Of a stretch of DNA of 64,000 nt, positions 61,491 to 64,000 are shown in pieces. Position numbers and translations under genes: made by a program. The notes beneath the pieces were generated by a model, which worked only from the letters and a program-made list of their open reading frames with translations, was not told where the DNA came from and ran no database searches. Source of the stretch: Mobula hypostoma. Taxonomy: Eukaryota. Where the stretch lies: NCBI RefSeq assembly GCF_963921235.1, contig NC_086097.1, positions 236,346,001 to 236,410,000 of the forward strand, read 5' to 3'. The first letter of the stretch is position 1. Every line of letters begins with the position of its first letter.

Positions 61491-62479
61491 CAATGATAAT
61501 AAACCTGATTCTGATTCGGTTTCTGAGTTAAAAATTTCAAAGTAAATTTATTATCGAAGTGCATATATGTTACCATTATCAGACCATAAGATATTATGTA
61601 GTACATTTATTGTCAAAGTATGTATGTAGTTTATAACCCTGAGATCTGTCTTCTCCACAGACAGCCAAGAAACAAAGGAAACCATGGCACCTGTTCAAAG
61701 AAAAACATCAGGCCTCTCCCTCACACAAGAAGTAAATGTGAAAATGGCAACAAGAACATCAATATGCCCCCCCCCAGACAAAAATCAAACCATGCGATGG
61801 CAACAAGAAAGAACAATCAAAAAACCATAAGACCATAAGATATAGGAGCAGTATTAGGCTATTTGACCCATCGAGTCTGCTCTATCATTTCGTCACGGCT
61901 GATCCATTTTACTCTCGGCCTCAATCTCCTGTCTAATCCCATTGAGATGCCTTTTTTTGCAGGCATTTACAGAAAAAAGGAAATACAATCTAAGTTCACA
62001 GAAGTAAGATATACATAAACATTTGTTTCCTGCTCTGAATCAATTTATCTTTGACATGGCAACACTGCAGAGTTGCAGTTTATTCTTCATCAGTCAGGAT
62101 GAGTTTCTACAGATGGTAGAGGAATTCAAGCCATAAGTGTGTACGCTGTTTGTTTGCTGTTGAAGAGGAAATAACATTATTGGCAAGAAACCCTATTCTC
62201 ACATTGCAACTTCTAATATGTGATTGAAACAGCACCAAATGTGACTTGGCAAATACTATATCACTAAAAACAAGTCTTTGTCCAGAAGTGATGAAGTAAA
62301 TGTTAATAATTTATGGAACGTAACTTTCCTCTTTCTGATTCATTGATAATATTGCTTTTCATATCATAGCCATTATGCATCTGATCTCTTGGTGTCACAA
62401 GGAAGGCTTGACGGTATCAAACAGAACCATATCTCCATATCTCAATCTTTAACAAAAGGACTTGGCAAATTTTTAGGTA

Positions 62480-63130
62480 ACTTGGTAACGTTCCATCTTC
62501 CTCGGAACACACTGGTGCAATTCTACACCGTCACCATAGAGAGCATCCGCACATCAGCCACTACTGTCTGGTTTGGTGCAGCATCTTCTCACAATATATG
62601 AAAACTACAGCAAATGTCAGGTCAGCAGTGGTCATTGGCTACAGTCTACCATCACTGCAGAACTTGTAGGGGTTCAGGACAATGAAGCAGGCAGGAAAAA
62701 ATCATTGTGGACACAAGCCACCCAGCAAACTGCCTTTTCCGGTATCTTCCTTCTGGAAAGTGCACTTATTAAAACAAAAACTGCACAACGCCTTACTGTG
62801 GTAAACCATATATATGTTGTAACTGGGTTACCTGTCTAGGCACGCCCCTCTGCTGACTGCCCCTGTGGCTCCTCCCACAGACCCCTGAATAAAGGTGATT
62901 TCGCCTTGCCCCTCCCCCTCAGTCAAGGGGCAGATACTCAGCATGGAGGTTGTATTGTACAGCGAATAAAAGTCTTTCAGTATTTACCCAACTTCAGCCT
63001 TCTGGAGTCATTGAAGGTGCTTCACTTACCCTAGGTAGTTAATTTAATCAACCATTCTAGTTACCAGCTGCACCCCCTCTGTCTATTTCCTCAGTCACTG
63101 CACTGTACTGTAAACACTTCAAACCACTTT
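62480..63130 (+). mobile_element. Rex1/Babar 3' fragment
   Basis: FHLPRNTLVQFYTVTIESIRTSATTVWFG. Confidence 0.8.
62797..63024 (+). mobile_element. Short solo LTR (228 bp)
   Basis: TG...CA termini. 5-bp TSD cttac (62792-62796 and 63025-63029). AATAAA at 62965. Confidence 0.85.
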
Positions 63131-63756
63131 TTAGAAACCTGTGGCTTGAGGCCTCATCCTCACTACTGCCCATGCCATAGAGCTCCCCTGCTGTCTGTCA
63201 CGCCAATAAGCAAGGGAAATGGGCCCTGTGGCATCTTATGTTATCAGTATCCAACAGATCCTTATGATTACAGGAGAAATGTCCAAGACAATCACCCACC
63301 ATTACACAGCACGCCACATCACACATCAACTCCAATGCCTTTGATGCCTTATTGTAGCATCCAGCAACAAGTCCCTCTCCTCCAGCTCCTCCGCCAATGA
63401 GCAGCTCGCTGATGGGGTAGACCTGCAGAACCCAAAGTTCTTAAAGTCCAGTTTTGTCCTGCAATCATAAAAAAAAGATGTTTAAAAAAAAGTCTGGTAT
63501 TGTTTTTGTGTATATCTTTGCGTATAATTGTTGAATGTTGTTATTTTGTTGCATGTCGCAACAAAAAACCACAGCATATTTCTAATATATGTAAACCTAC
63601 TGCATAGGGTGAATAAGGTTGATCTTTAATCCTCGGTCAGAAACATTTACCAGAATTCAACTTCAAAATTCAATTGAGATATTACCGTTTTCTGCCGATC
63701 TTCAGTTATGTTGGAGGAGCAATGCACATCTAAGGATGTTCTAACTGAGTACTTAA

Positions 63757-64000
63757 CCATAGAACCACAGAACACTACAGCACAGAAAACAGGCCATTCG
63801 GCCCTTCTAGTCTGTGCCAAAACATTATTCCGCTAGTCCCATTGACCTGCATCCAGTCCATAATCCTCCAGACCTCTCCCATCCATGTACCTATCCAATT
63901 TGTTCTTAAAACTTAAGAGTGAGCCTGCATTTACCACATCAAATAGCAGCTCGTTCCACACTCCCACTACTCTCTGAGTGAAGAAGTTCTGCCTAATGTT
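63757..64000 (-). mobile_element. CR1 3' end (continues beyond the window)
   Basis: (CCATAGAA)-type tail. Reverse strand reads NFFTQRVVGVWNEL. Confidence 0.88.

Noticed and set aside
62084..62135. EF-hand-like peptide FISQDEFLQMVEEFKP-stop
   Set aside because: No D-x-D-x-D-G loop or partner exons were found, so it is compatible with chance.

Overview
Repeat-dominated vertebrate non-coding DNA (intergenic or deep intronic). The repeat set points to a cartilaginous fish, probably a ray or shark (inference): CR1/HER1-type LINEs with octamer microsatellite tails, V-SINE/HE1-like SINEs, Rex1/Babar LINEs, and GIY-YIG Penelope-like elements. I cannot support any host protein-coding gene. The recognisable ORFs are transposon-derived. 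The window holds one young full-length CR1 (14320-18629), two older near-full-length CR1s, many truncated CR1 and Rex1/Babar pieces, two Penelope-like families, solo LTRs with 5-bp target-site duplications (TSDs), Tigger and Tc1 relics, tRNA-derived SINEs and a 34/35-bp minisatellite. The most interesting signal is RNA-level. About a dozen minimal type I hammerhead ribozyme motifs (AGTC-CTGAnGA-A-GGGT/GCCC-GAAAC-GTC-GACT) sit in Penelope terminal repeats and in short foldback mini-elements, including a tandem pair exactly 180 nt apart. Also notable are a ~330-bp palindrome inside a Tigger element and two independent CR1 insertions at the same site of one composite repeat. Boundaries were read by eye and are approximate unless fixed by a TSD.
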